Part shown: one piece after another, positions 9,040 through 19,919 of the stretch
Numbering within the stretch: position 1 is the first letter of the stretch
Layout: each line of letters opens with the position of its first letter
From: a virus
Taxonomy: Duplodnaviria > Heunggongvirae > Uroviricota > Caudoviricetes
Virus record (IMG/VR): IMGVR_UViG_640753023_000013
Reading direction: 5' to 3' (one strand)
DNA length: 40,738 nucleotides
Notes under the pieces: model-generated
The model's input: only the letters and a program-made list of their open reading frames with translations
Told to the model about the DNA's origin: nothing
Database searches by the model: none
Made by a program: the position numbers and the translations under genes

Positions 9040-9420
9040 TCACGCAACGCAATTATTACCGCGCCATGTAACATTTTTAATAATCTTATCAGCACCAAAC
9101 TCAACGTAAACAGAGCAACTGAAATGGAGTGTATAACCGCCATCAGTTGTTGCGTATGTGTTTGAATATATAGTATTACCAATTAGATTAGACGTAGTAT
9201 TATACGTTGTGGTTTGTGGTACGTTATAACTACCAGAGCTTGAGTAAACATACACTCTGTTTCCATCTGGAGATGTAAGCTCTCCCTGAGGATACCCCCA
9301 CTGCTGAACCATTGCGTCTATACTCTGCCCGCGCCACGTAAGCATATTTCTTTCAAACTGTGCAGCTGACTGGCATCCAACGAGAAGCATAAATCCAAAA
9401 ATCAAAAATACTTTTCTCAT
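9040..9420 (-). CDS. Prophage lipoprotein (candidate superinfection-exclusion or conversion protein)
   Basis: Signal peptide with lipobox LLVGC, Thr/Ser/Tyr-rich mature part; ATG at 9420 (track start 9456 rejected). Confidence 0.6.
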   Translation of the reverse strand: MRKVFLIFGFMLLVGCQSAAQFERNMLTWRGQSIDAMVQQWGYPQGELTSPDGNRVYVYSSSGSYNVPQTTTYNTTSNLIGNTIYSNTYATTDGGYTLHFSCSVYVEFGADKIIKNVTWRGNNCVA

Positions 9421-9639
9421 AATTACCCCTATCATGGAAAAACAGCACCAATCCACAAATTAACTAGTTATTTTATTATTCTTCCGAACAATACAATTCC
9501 GAATACTACAAAGCCGAACCATGCCGCTGCACGCAACAGAGATTCCAATTGAAACCCATTTTTATCAAAATGTATGAATAGCATAAAAACGCTGCACATA
9601 TTAGTACAATAAAAGTTATTTGAACCATCATATCTCCTT

Positions 9640-12114
9640 TTATTGCGGAGTGACATCCTGTGGTCGCCACCAGTATGTCTGGTTAAACTCTTTCTTCGAA
9701 CGTTGCTCCATTTTACGCAAATAGCCTGGTGAAAAATACTCCTGCATCTGGTTAAAGATCATGTGATCGAGAGCCGCCTTCAAGTACCAGAGATTCGCAC
9801 CAGGCATCAAACCTTTCCCCAGCTTCACCAGATCACCACCAGTCTGCTCACTCTTCCCTTCCACAGCATTTAACGGTATGCCCTGAGCAATCTTCACTAC
9901 GTCATCAACCAGACCAGCTACCGGGCCAAGCATCGACGCCAGCGCGCCGCTTCCGTACCTAGTGTGATCTGACAATAAAAAGTCACCGTAAAGGCCAAGA
10001 CCACCACCTTTCAGTAGAGCACCAAGCCAGAATTTTGCGGCATCTTCTCCTGTCATCTCTCGAGGATTACGACCAGACGCAAGGTCGTTAAGTTGCTGCG
10101 ACAAAGCGCCAAGAATGGTCGTACTGGCAATAAACGTCGCAATATATGCCGCACGCCCACCAGCAGACGGCATACCCATAGCGCGTGACCAGTGACGCAT
10201 AACAACCGAGATAGGGAACGATTTAAACAGGAAAACACTTCTCGTTAATTCACCTTTCCATGTTCCACGCTGAATACCAGAACCGGTTATCAGTTGCTCA
10301 CGTGCTCCCGGTGTAATAACAGCCATATCAACTTCTTCAGTTACGGCACCGAGCAGTTTACGCATTGCCTCAAATTTCACGCGTTCAGGCTCACCAAGAT
10401 GTTTAACTGCTGAATCAGGGATACGCATAATGCTTTCCGGTGTCAGCATCGTATTATTACCGTTCCCCCAGTCCTCCTGTTTCGCCAGCTTCCATACGCT
10501 CCAGTCTGTGTCAGTAATCCCTTTGCTTTTCAGGATACGAAAATCAGAGTCATCGAGGCTACGAAGGTCTGGTGTCCGTGACACTACTTCTCCCAGGCTT
10601 CCCATCATGGTTACGCCATAGGCGCGCTTGTGCGCATCTGACCATGCTGTAAGCCCACTGGCACGCATTACCGCCGTTGCCGCCCAACGAGACACTGACG
10701 GCCCCATATTATCCATCGCCCAGCGGTTAACGCTGCCAAGTAGAGATTCCATCGCCAGACCAGCGCGGCGCGCCCGCGCAAGTTCTGTACGGTTCGTTGG
10801 GTCCATAGCTTCAAGCTGGTTGCGGAATAACTGGTTCATTGGAAGGTTGGTAACCTTCGCAGACAGATACATGGTTCCAAGATCAGAGAACGATGACAGC
10901 AACGCGGATCCGAGTCTGCTGGCAACCAGCCAGTTGCGGATATTGTCAGACCATCGCGCGATGTGCGGATTCGCTACAGGCTGTGTCTTTCCGGAAATAA
11001 AGTTGTACAGATTCTCTGTGTTGTTCGCCAGCCGCTCGACTTTACCGGTTTTACTCGGGTTAGCTGTTGCCGTTTCTGCCTTCACCTGATCAAGAAGAGA
11101 GCGGAAAACATGATCGGGGTTTGGGCCATATGTTTCCACCAGTGCAATATCTTTACTGATACCTTCCAGGTGACCGACCATGATTTCCCATAGAGAGCGA
11201 TCGCCATAAAGTTGCTGATATTGCAGATAGGAATCTGCATCTTTGAAATGTATCTGTCGTGATGCATTACCACGGTTAGCACGTGCGCCGGAAATTCGCA
11301 TTCCGGTATCAGTAAGCTTATTCAGCCCACCAGTAGCGATCGTGTTATAAGCCTCTCCAAGAAATGAAGACAACTCGGCATCGTTCATCAGTTGTCCATC
11401 GGCTCGGATATAATATTTGCGATCCAGCTTACCTATAACATCGCTAACCCACTTATCCTTTGATACTGCCCCAACCTTTTCCATAGAATGATGTTGAGGG
11501 ATCCCCCAGTTTTCGAGATAGCCAATGTCCCCACCAGCATCATTAAACCGGCGGCGCAGCAGCTCTGTAACTTCTCTCCACGCCTTAGCACCGTTTCTTG
11601 CTTTAGCATTGCCAGTATTTTGCCCCCGCATTTCATATACCAGGTCACGTACGCCCGCTTCATCTTCAAACAGACCAAAAAAGCGAGGATCAACTGCTTC
11701 GAATGCCTCCTGCAATTGACTCAATGCATAATCACGGGTGGCTTTTGTTCTGGATTCAACAGAGAGGAAATTAGATTTACCGTCTGCATTAAAAGCTATA
11801 GTACGGTTAAGAGCGCCAAGTTTCCCATCAGCCCCTTGATAGCTATTGATAAATTTATCCAATCTCTGACGCGCGGCTATAGTGAGAGCCACACGACGTT
11901 TCTTTAATGCCGCTTCTCGCTGTAATTCTTCAGATGCCAATTGTGCTGCTCGATATAGCCGCTCTGATTCGGAAAGTTGTCGCCACGACATAGGGTCATC
12001 ACGAGCAATGGAGCGCATATTTCGATAAATGCGGTCTTCAATGTTCTGTATTTCTCGCGCCGTTAACATGCGCTGCGCCGCCTGCTGAACCGCTTGTATA
12101 CATTCCTGTCTCAT
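9640..12114 (-). CDS. Large internal virion (ejection) protein, 824 aa
   Basis: Size and position in the tail/ejection block; no motif recognised. Confidence 0.55.
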   Translation of the reverse strand: MRQECIQAVQQAAQRMLTAREIQNIEDRIYRNMRSIARDDPMSWRQLSESERLYRAAQLASEELQREAALKKRRVALTIAARQRLDKFINSYQGADGKLGALNRTIAFNADGKSNFLSVESRTKATRDYALSQLQEAFEAVDPRFFGLFEDEAGVRDLVYEMRGQNTGNAKARNGAKAWREVTELLRRRFNDAGGDIGYLENWGIPQHHSMEKVGAVSKDKWVSDVIGKLDRKYYIRADGQLMNDAELSSFLGEAYNTIATGGLNKLTDTGMRISGARANRGNASRQIHFKDADSYLQYQQLYGDRSLWEIMVGHLEGISKDIALVETYGPNPDHVFRSLLDQVKAETATANPSKTGKVERLANNTENLYNFISGKTQPVANPHIARWSDNIRNWLVASRLGSALLSSFSDLGTMYLSAKVTNLPMNQLFRNQLEAMDPTNRTELARARRAGLAMESLLGSVNRWAMDNMGPSVSRWAATAVMRASGLTAWSDAHKRAYGVTMMGSLGEVVSRTPDLRSLDDSDFRILKSKGITDTDWSVWKLAKQEDWGNGNNTMLTPESIMRIPDSAVKHLGEPERVKFEAMRKLLGAVTEEVDMAVITPGAREQLITGSGIQRGTWKGELTRSVFLFKSFPISVVMRHWSRAMGMPSAGGRAAYIATFIASTTILGALSQQLNDLASGRNPREMTGEDAAKFWLGALLKGGGLGLYGDFLLSDHTRYGSGALASMLGPVAGLVDDVVKIAQGIPLNAVEGKSEQTGGDLVKLGKGLMPGANLWYLKAALDHMIFNQMQEYFSPGYLRKMEQRSKKEFNQTYWWRPQDVTPQ

Positions 12115-12119
12115 TTAAT

Positions 12120-13922
12120 TTAACCTCTCAAGAAACACGCCACAGCGACATCAAACAGGCTGGAATCCTGTATTGCCTGCTCACTTTCCCTGTTCGCTTC
12201 ATCCAGTGCTTCACGCGCACTGCGCGATTGTGGATTACCATCATCATCCAGCACGGTGATTATCATGTCAGGTGATTCAAGCAGCGAGTCTTCAGCTATG
12301 CGCAAATCAATATCTCCTGCCTGATCTGACATCATTTTTTGTTCTGCCTGTTGCAATATTTTATCAGGCTCAAAAGGAGCTACTTCGTCTGGCGTCCTGA
12401 CCTCTGCTGTTTTATAGAATGAAACAGCCTGAGCATTAAGTTCACTTTCTGCCTGCTGTCTCCGAGCCAGTTCTGCTCGAGCTTCAAAAAACCGACCGCC
12501 AGGCTCATGCGGTGCCAACGCGTTACGAGAAAATTCCAGGCGTTCTTGTGCCTGCCGGATTCGTTGGTCAATATCGCGAAGTCTGGCCTGTTTATCTGAT
12601 CGAGCACGAGATAAAGCCTTACCGCTACCGGCTGGATCTTCTGCAAGAATTTGTGCGCGCTGTTCAGTGAGATTTTCAATAATTCGTTGGCTATTAGCGA
12701 TTTCAGACTGGTAAACCTGTCTATCGCCACGCGGCAAAAGCTGCGCGGCCTGTTCTTCAAGCAACCGATTTTCTATAGCGCGCGCCGTTACTCCATCATC
12801 TACAGATGACAGAGCCTCATTAACTGCCTGAGACAGCAGACTCTTGCGTCCAGGAATTTCACTGAAAGATGCAGACTCAACAATGCTGGCAACGTCTACA
12901 GGTCTCCCCTGGCTAACATCAGACATGGCTTTTCGCAGAGCCTGAATGTGCGAATTACGCGAAAGCACGTTGATCGGCACGCCGGGAGCAATATCAATTT
13001 CAGCATGATGAGCGGCATTCGCCGCCAGTGCAGCATCGATATCAACTGGTGAAAAATTTGGTGCGCTTGTAGACTCGCCGCGAGAGTTAATAAATCTGCC
13101 GACACCACCAAACGCCACCCCAAGAACAGCATCAATAGCAATTGCCTGTCGATCCAACACATCATACTGGTTAGCCATTTCGCTATAGCCACCATCACGA
13201 AGCGTTTTTGCAGTAAGCCCACGCTGTGCCATACCGAACGCAATATTTGTACCTGCGGCATAGGCAATATCTGGCGTTGCACGTACTGCTGTTGCTGCGG
13301 CGCGTCGCACTGAACTTTCACCCGTCCGCGCAAGCTGAGCCGCCACACCTTCCGCCAGCGCACCACCAGCACGTAACCAGAGGCTCATAGGGATCAGTGC
13401 TCCGGCACCAGCAGTAATACCCTGCACTAATCCCGCTTCCTGCGCCGTCCTGAAATCAACACCCTGTGCTGTAAGCCGTTCAAACTCAGAAAAACCCTGT
13501 AGAGAAGTTACCGCCGCAGCACCTCCGACCGGACCACCGAGCGTTGTACCGACAACAGCCTGCCCGCCCATATCGAACACCCCATAAAGGACCTGCCCGG
13601 CGGTTCCGGTTGTCGCGGCATCAGGCGTCAGCCGCTTAACCTGCTGCTCTGCTAGTTTTCTCTGCTCAGCAATGTATGAAACTGAAGTGTCATTGATCGA
13701 GGTGTTTTCGTTAACAAACTGAGCAATCGGGGATACGATTTTATCCATCCCTGCCCATAGCAACTGATCTGGCTTTGCCACCAGCCCGGAGTACAAACCA
13801 GACAATGCCGCTCCTACAGCATTGTCGAAAAAACCAACATCGCTGTTAAAGCCAGCTGGATTTGATGCTGCTTCGTCAAGCTGCTGATTCTGGTTTACTG
13901 GATTAAGGCCAAAGTAACTCAT
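12120..13922 (-). CDS. Internal virion (ejection) protein, 600 aa
   Basis: Synteny; Ala/Gly-rich central region. Confidence 0.55.
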   Translation of the reverse strand: MSYFGLNPVNQNQQLDEAASNPAGFNSDVGFFDNAVGAALSGLYSGLVAKPDQLLWAGMDKIVSPIAQFVNENTSINDTSVSYIAEQRKLAEQQVKRLTPDAATTGTAGQVLYGVFDMGGQAVVGTTLGGPVGGAAAVTSLQGFSEFERLTAQGVDFRTAQEAGLVQGITAGAGALIPMSLWLRAGGALAEGVAAQLARTGESSVRRAAATAVRATPDIAYAAGTNIAFGMAQRGLTAKTLRDGGYSEMANQYDVLDRQAIAIDAVLGVAFGGVGRFINSRGESTSAPNFSPVDIDAALAANAAHHAEIDIAPGVPINVLSRNSHIQALRKAMSDVSQGRPVDVASIVESASFSEIPGRKSLLSQAVNEALSSVDDGVTARAIENRLLEEQAAQLLPRGDRQVYQSEIANSQRIIENLTEQRAQILAEDPAGSGKALSRARSDKQARLRDIDQRIRQAQERLEFSRNALAPHEPGGRFFEARAELARRQQAESELNAQAVSFYKTAEVRTPDEVAPFEPDKILQQAEQKMMSDQAGDIDLRIAEDSLLESPDMIITVLDDDGNPQSRSAREALDEANRESEQAIQDSSLFDVAVACFLRG

Positions 13923-16432
13923 TGCGGAATATCTCCGGAGAATCTCTGACGCTTCTGTGTCAGATTAAGAACAACGGGAGAACCATCATCTTTCAGCAGA
14001 TAACCAGTACCAAGTTTCACCAGGTACTGACTATCGCCGTAACTTTGCAAACCATACTGACCAGGCGGTGTTTTTATCCCGGAGCCGACAACTTGTTCAT
14101 TCCAAGCCTGATTAACCTGCTTATCGAATTGCTCTGCAGACATTCCCCACGGCAAAAGGACATTCCCCATTCCGTTATAGTCATGCACACCACCTGTAGC
14201 TACGTTAACAGCCTGTTTCCAGACATCATTGTCAATTTCGCCTGATACCACGCCTTTTTTCGCCATCACACCAGCGTAATAATCCTTTGCGATCTCGTAT
14301 GCCATTGATGCGCCCTGAGCGTCACCAGCAAATGCATCCTTCACCATGTCAGAAAACTCAAGGCGAAGATCAGCATCTTTAGGCATCGGAATACCTTTCG
14401 CATCATCAGTACCTTTACGAGCCGCCGCGCCAGCAAGAATTGTCTGCGCAGCGGTTTCAGGAGACACGGAAACATCCGGATTAAACCAGTTTTTTTCTGC
14501 CAAAATACCACCAGGCTTATCCATCAGTATCCCAGCAACGGCAGCAGATGGAGCGTTGGCACTGATCTGCTGTAGTGCTGACATATACACCTGCCCACCA
14601 CCAGTGCTCTGCCTGATGGTATCGAGATATGCTGCCTGTTGGGAAACTGGAGCATCACGAAAGAAAACACCGATCTGATTGGCCTCGTCTTTGGAAAAGA
14701 ACGTCAGTGGAGTGCCATATGACTTAGCAAGGTCACTGACCTGAGCGGCACGCAAGGCAACGCTCTGTCCAAAGTTATCCTTATTGCTCATGTCGATAGG
14801 CTTTGCCTGTCCGGAGGCAAGAGAGAACTGCACAGGATCCGACTGCCGCTGCTTTATCACCTGATTTGCAGCCGAAACAACGTTGTCATAAAGAGTTGCG
14901 CGTGCCGCATACCCCTCCCCTGTATCACCAGTATCCGGGCGTAATTGCTCAACATATGCTGTAATGCTGCTTGTCGGCATGTTGCGGAAAGAGCCTATAT
15001 ACTGTCCGGCGATCTGCGTATTCTTAAACTCGGTATATCGCAGGTTTCCTTCTCTGACTCCATAAGCTGCAATAAAATCATCCTCACCAGGTGGGTTAGG
15101 AAATTCAATGCCACGCATATACGCAGCCGTCGCATCGCGAACCCGGCTGTCGAGCATCGTTTTATATTCAGCCTGCTGTTGTCTGGCTAGTGCATCAGTC
15201 TGTCGCAACACGCTGGCCTGATCTGATTCACTTAAAGCATCGAACCAGGCTACACCGGTATAACGTTTATTTTTTGTCGGTAGCTGAGAAAGCCCCAGCG
15301 CAGCACTAACACCTGCAGTTAACTGCTGATCACTGTATGGCTGGCTACCGTTTTCATGATGGATAATGGCTGCACAAAGCGCCTTCAGGGTATCAGGATT
15401 TGATGCATCGAGAGGCTCATCAGCAGAAACGCCAAGTTGTTCGCACACTGCTTTGATATACGACATAGTGTCATTTTTATCAGTAGGCGGTGCCCAGCGA
15501 TTAATTATCTCGCTGACGGTATCAATACCCTGCCGCTGATACGACATCAGGTTCCGCCCTAATGCACGAATACCGTGTTCAGGGGTTTCGAATTTGGCAA
15601 AGCGACCATCATCACCAGTCTGCCCAACCCACGGATTAGTTTTGCTGTATTCAAGATTGCCGGGGTTATTGTTGCGTATACCGCGGGTACGATCGGAAGA
15701 GCCACTATCTGCTACAGCACGGCGAGAACCAGCAGCAGTATCGCTTAACTCGCCGTTTTGCTGTCTTACCTGAAGATAGTTTGCTCCAATAGCATTTTGA
15801 GCAGTTGCTTTTGCTGTTGCTTCTTTAAACTCGATTTTCTTGGCCTGGATTTGCTCGTCACTCCAGCCATGTGCAATGCCGTAATCCTCAATTTGCTGGA
15901 AAGTTTGCTTATTAGCCAATACGTATGCGGCGTTGTCGCCATACAATGCTGCGGCATTTTTACCATTGTTCAGCAGCGTAGCCTGAAACTGGCCTTCTTC
16001 GTAGGCATTTATTTGCCCTATCTCGTGCCGCCCGGCCTGCGTAGTGAACTGAATGCGCTGCTGCTGCGCCTGCTGCATGAAAGCATTACGAGCCTGTTCA
16101 TCCGGCAGCGACATAGCCAGTTGTTCGACCTGAGCATCAAACTTCTGCGTATACTCCTGACCTTTTCCAATAGCATTTTTCCCTTTCAGGTTAAGCAAAC
16201 CTGTTTCAGGGTTATTCAGCAGATCGCTGCTTATCTGGCTTAAGCTAAGAGAAGCATCCTGAGCCATAGCAACATTCGCACGCTGTTTTGCCTGCGCAAT
16301 AATACCTGCATATTGCTCTGCAACATCGCCAAGTACATCACCGACATTTGGTGTCTGAAACGATGAGAATCCCTGCGTCGAAATCCCTCTGCTCTGAACC
16401 TGACGGCCCGATGTTGTTGGTACAACTGGCAT
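13919..16432 (-). CDS. Large internal virion protein, 837 aa, with conserved RGIRNNNPGNL motif segment
   Basis: Synteny; overlaps neighbours by 4 nt. Confidence 0.55.
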   Translation of the reverse strand: MPVVPTTSGRQVQSRGISTQGFSSFQTPNVGDVLGDVAEQYAGIIAQAKQRANVAMAQDASLSLSQISSDLLNNPETGLLNLKGKNAIGKGQEYTQKFDAQVEQLAMSLPDEQARNAFMQQAQQQRIQFTTQAGRHEIGQINAYEEGQFQATLLNNGKNAAALYGDNAAYVLANKQTFQQIEDYGIAHGWSDEQIQAKKIEFKEATAKATAQNAIGANYLQVRQQNGELSDTAAGSRRAVADSGSSDRTRGIRNNNPGNLEYSKTNPWVGQTGDDGRFAKFETPEHGIRALGRNLMSYQRQGIDTVSEIINRWAPPTDKNDTMSYIKAVCEQLGVSADEPLDASNPDTLKALCAAIIHHENGSQPYSDQQLTAGVSAALGLSQLPTKNKRYTGVAWFDALSESDQASVLRQTDALARQQQAEYKTMLDSRVRDATAAYMRGIEFPNPPGEDDFIAAYGVREGNLRYTEFKNTQIAGQYIGSFRNMPTSSITAYVEQLRPDTGDTGEGYAARATLYDNVVSAANQVIKQRQSDPVQFSLASGQAKPIDMSNKDNFGQSVALRAAQVSDLAKSYGTPLTFFSKDEANQIGVFFRDAPVSQQAAYLDTIRQSTGGGQVYMSALQQISANAPSAAVAGILMDKPGGILAEKNWFNPDVSVSPETAAQTILAGAAARKGTDDAKGIPMPKDADLRLEFSDMVKDAFAGDAQGASMAYEIAKDYYAGVMAKKGVVSGEIDNDVWKQAVNVATGGVHDYNGMGNVLLPWGMSAEQFDKQVNQAWNEQVVGSGIKTPPGQYGLQSYGDSQYLVKLGTGYLLKDDGSPVVLNLTQKRQRFSGDIPQ

Positions 16433-16444
16433 CTTATTATCCCC

Positions 16445-16984
16445 TTATCGACCGGTTGGAGTGCCAACAGCAGCAGAAATCGGCGCAGCCTTCTGAGAGA
16501 ACGGGCTCCACGTTCCGCCGCCCATCTGGTATGCACCGTATGCTTTTAGTGGTGCCGTTAACAAAGTGCTGGTCATCGATGATTTAGCAGCCGACTGAGC
16601 AGCAGCCCCCTGTGCCTGAGCATTCATTCCCTGAACCTGATACCCATATGCCTCACGCTGAGCATTATTCACTGTCGTTAACGCATCAAGAGTGCCGAAC
16701 TGAGCATTATCCGCAAAAACGTCAAGAGCTGTTCCGCTACTTAATTCCGCACCGGTAGCCCCCATAGTGGCCGCCGCAGTGCCTGAGCGTTGACGCATTT
16801 CACGACGACGCTGATCCGCTTCAATATTCCCACGATTGATTGAATCCTGTGCCTGAGCTTCAGCAATTTCAGCATTCCGATCAGCTATGGCTGACTGGTA
16901 TTTTGCCTGCTTGCTCTGGCTGTACATTGACGCGGCTGTGGATGCCACTGTGACGGCAACCAAAGCGATGGCTGGGTTACACAT
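16445..16984 (-). CDS. Virion internal protein (T7 gp14-like by position)
   Basis: 179 aa with N-terminal hydrophobic segment. Confidence 0.5.
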   Translation of the reverse strand: MCNPAIALVAVTVASTAASMYSQSKQAKYQSAIADRNAEIAEAQAQDSINRGNIEADQRRREMRQRSGTAAATMGATGAELSSGTALDVFADNAQFGTLDALTTVNNAQREAYGYQVQGMNAQAQGAAAQSAAKSSMTSTLLTAPLKAYGAYQMGGGTWSPFSQKAAPISAAVGTPTGR

Positions 16985-17448
16985 TATTTTCTCTCCATGT
17001 GAAATCTGTGGAAATTAAGACCAAGAGCACCATAAGGCGCGGCTTCTTCAAGCCTGAATCCAAGCCAGTGCAGCCATGCTTTGGCAACATGGTTTCGCTC
17101 GTCGACGTAGTTTTCCAGGCGCGGATAAACTGCCAGCATCTGCTGCAATACAGGGCGGCAGTGGCGAAGAAATGTCTTCTGATATTTTTCAATACGGCTG
17201 GTTCCTACCAGCCAGGGCGTACCATTGCCACCGATCATTGACGCCGGAGATACGCCAAACATGGTTACCAGTTCTCCGTTCGCGAACCCTGACCAGGCCA
17301 TAGTCGCAGTGCGAAGACCAACACGCAGCGCATCTTCGGTAGTCATCAGCGATACCGCATACAGTTCGTCAATATCAGCCTGACGAACATCCGGCAAAAT
17401 CATCTGAAGATGCTCTTCGGTAGCGGGAATAATTCGAACATCGATCAT
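16984..17448 (-). CDS. Virion-associated protein (T7 gp13-like by position)
   Basis: 154 aa, overlapping start/stop with both neighbours. Confidence 0.5.
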   Translation of the reverse strand: MIDVRIIPATEEHLQMILPDVRQADIDELYAVSLMTTEDALRVGLRTATMAWSGFANGELVTMFGVSPASMIGGNGTPWLVGTSRIEKYQKTFLRHCRPVLQQMLAVYPRLENYVDERNHVAKAWLHWLGFRLEEAAPYGALGLNFHRFHMERK

Positions 17449-19919
17449 CAGAATCCCCCAACAGTAAGGCGAGGAATAACGGCAAGAACAGACAGTGGCA
17501 ACGGGTCAAGCTGACGGATTCTTACACGTCCGTTTTTGCCCCAGTTACTGTCCAGTTTCACTTCTACTTTTCCGGTAGCATCATCAACAGGATCATCGTA
17601 GAACTCGAATTCACGCTGTGGATATTCGTACCATTTACCGCCGGGCGTAGTCGCCCAGATGCCGCGACTGGCATTCACAACCAGAGTAACGGACGGGATC
17701 ACCTGTTTTTTGTCCAGCAGCGTTTCCTGTCCGTTAATGTTGATATCCAGTGTTTCGAATTCAGCAGTTATTGGCAGGCCGATATGCACTACAGCCCCCG
17801 GTGATTCCAGCGTGACGGCACCTCCGGAAACAACTTTCTGTGGCTCCACGTTCGCATCAGAAAGAATGTTTACGGTCTGTCCTTCAAGATGAGACAGGCC
17901 TCCAAATGTCCGGCGCGCCATCTGCCAGTTCGTGGTGGTCACATTCCTGAGGGATGGCGGGACGTTCCTGTTAGCACGAACCACTACAGCGGTATTGCTG
18001 GTTAAAGAAATAATGTCGCAACGTAATTCTTTTGACACTTCATCGCCAGTATCAGGATCAGTTCCGGTATAAGGGAACTGTAGTTGCGCACCGACATCAC
18101 TACTGGTGAAGTACGCACCACCAGAAACACTGATTGTATATTCCGCGCGGTAATCCCATTCACCAGAACCACCAGTGATGGTCATCGTTCTGTCAGACGT
18201 ATTTCTTCCATCATAGCTAAGGCCAGAATCAACAAAGAAAGCATCTTCATCGCTGGTAAATAAACGGCTGGACAGTCTCTCGATGTATCTCACTGTTTGC
18301 CCGTTAACGGTTCTGTTAACGACGAAATACACCGCATCTTCATTGCCTTCGCTGATACTGCATGTGCTTTCATATTTTCCGGTACTGGACTGTGGTGCCC
18401 ATGCAAAAACCTGTTGATCACGCAAATAGGTCATCACCAGTAATTTACCGTCATCACGAATACAGAAGGCGCTGGAGTAAGGGACAATCGAGAAGCACCA
18501 GTCAACAATGCTGTGCTTCTGAAAAAGATGATTGGCAAGGATGGTCAGGTCATTCCCCTGATAGCCGTCAACATCGAATGAGTAGGCCAGATCACGGACA
18601 ACACTGCCTTTCTCCTGGACGAACAGAGCAATATTCGCCACGGCAATTGGTGGGACATTGCTCGAGCCATTTGATCCCTGAGAGCTGAATGCAAATGATG
18701 ATGGGGTTAACACTTTGTTCTGGTCGCCGGTGATGACGTACTCACCTCCGGAAGTCAGCGCCACCAGCGAACCAACATCAATCAGGTGGCGGATCTCATT
18801 AACCTGACGTCCGGCATAGGTGTAGATAATTCTGTCGTCATCCTGCGTAGGATTGCTTTTGCCAAAATCCTTATAATCACCGGTACGGCTGGCCCAGATA
18901 GTCTGAGGGAACGCAGTCGATGCGGCGAAGTAAAGACGTTGTTGATAATAAACAACAGTGCCAGGATAACCATTAACACTGTTCCAGGCATATTTAGCCC
19001 ATTTATAGCTGGCATTATCCTCGCCAACTACCTGCGAAGGGATATAGGAAATCACCTCGGCAGTTGCAGTAGTTCCATTTGCAGCAGTGATACGGGCAAT
19101 GCCAAAACCACTGTGCAGATATTCCCACTCAATGCCAATATCATCATCACCGGATCCGCCCCAGCCATCCCATGATGTGCCTTCTGTATGCGAAGGGCGC
19201 AAAGTACCTGTTTTGCCTGCTGTAACGGCGCGATAGTAGTTACTGTCTGCACGGCGAATATCGCCAATCGACGTACTCTTACTGGTTTCCCATACCGGCA
19301 CTGAATCCACTGCAGGCTGTTCCAGATAGAACAATTTGCCTACCTGCTCCGCGCCAAAAATAGAGGCGCTTGCCGTTAACGTAATTGTCCCGGTGCTGGC
19401 GCTGGCATAAACCGTCACTGACTCGTCAATATTGATATCTTCAAATGGCCCGTTCTTCGTTACCACATCAACCAGTTGCCAGTTGTCATGCGCATAGCGA
19501 CGCAACTCTTTCGGCGGGTATGCCGGATGAACCAGCGTAAGCACGTCGGCGCTTTGCGTGAATTTAATTCGGAACAGATCGGCTTCAGTATATGGCGTGG
19601 CAATTTCATAAATAACATTGCTGCTGTTCAGCACCAACGCACCATCTTTGATAACGCGCATGTACTGGTGTCCGAACTCCAGAGCATAGGTCTGAACCGT
19701 CGAGAACTGGAACGGGATCAGGCGGCATTTCCGATTTGGGTATTTGGCGGCACCGACAAAACGCGTACCAGGTCGATTCTCAACGCCGCCATACTGCCGC
19801 ACGATAAAGTTATCGCACTTGCGCAAAGCTACCTGGTACTTCGCCATGTCGATACGACCGTACAACGACGGTCCAATCTCACCACCGGCAAAGCTGGGCT
19901 GGATCCAACTGATAGCCAT
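17448..19919 (-). CDS. Tail tube/nozzle protein (tail tubular B-like), 823 aa
   Basis: Position after the gp11-like gene; size typical of podovirus tail tube B. Confidence 0.6.
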   Translation of the reverse strand: MAISWIQPSFAGGEIGPSLYGRIDMAKYQVALRKCDNFIVRQYGGVENRPGTRFVGAAKYPNRKCRLIPFQFSTVQTYALEFGHQYMRVIKDGALVLNSSNVIYEIATPYTEADLFRIKFTQSADVLTLVHPAYPPKELRRYAHDNWQLVDVVTKNGPFEDINIDESVTVYASASTGTITLTASASIFGAEQVGKLFYLEQPAVDSVPVWETSKSTSIGDIRRADSNYYRAVTAGKTGTLRPSHTEGTSWDGWGGSGDDDIGIEWEYLHSGFGIARITAANGTTATAEVISYIPSQVVGEDNASYKWAKYAWNSVNGYPGTVVYYQQRLYFAASTAFPQTIWASRTGDYKDFGKSNPTQDDDRIIYTYAGRQVNEIRHLIDVGSLVALTSGGEYVITGDQNKVLTPSSFAFSSQGSNGSSNVPPIAVANIALFVQEKGSVVRDLAYSFDVDGYQGNDLTILANHLFQKHSIVDWCFSIVPYSSAFCIRDDGKLLVMTYLRDQQVFAWAPQSSTGKYESTCSISEGNEDAVYFVVNRTVNGQTVRYIERLSSRLFTSDEDAFFVDSGLSYDGRNTSDRTMTITGGSGEWDYRAEYTISVSGGAYFTSSDVGAQLQFPYTGTDPDTGDEVSKELRCDIISLTSNTAVVVRANRNVPPSLRNVTTTNWQMARRTFGGLSHLEGQTVNILSDANVEPQKVVSGGAVTLESPGAVVHIGLPITAEFETLDININGQETLLDKKQVIPSVTLVVNASRGIWATTPGGKWYEYPQREFEFYDDPVDDATGKVEVKLDSNWGKNGRVRIRQLDPLPLSVLAVIPRLTVGGF

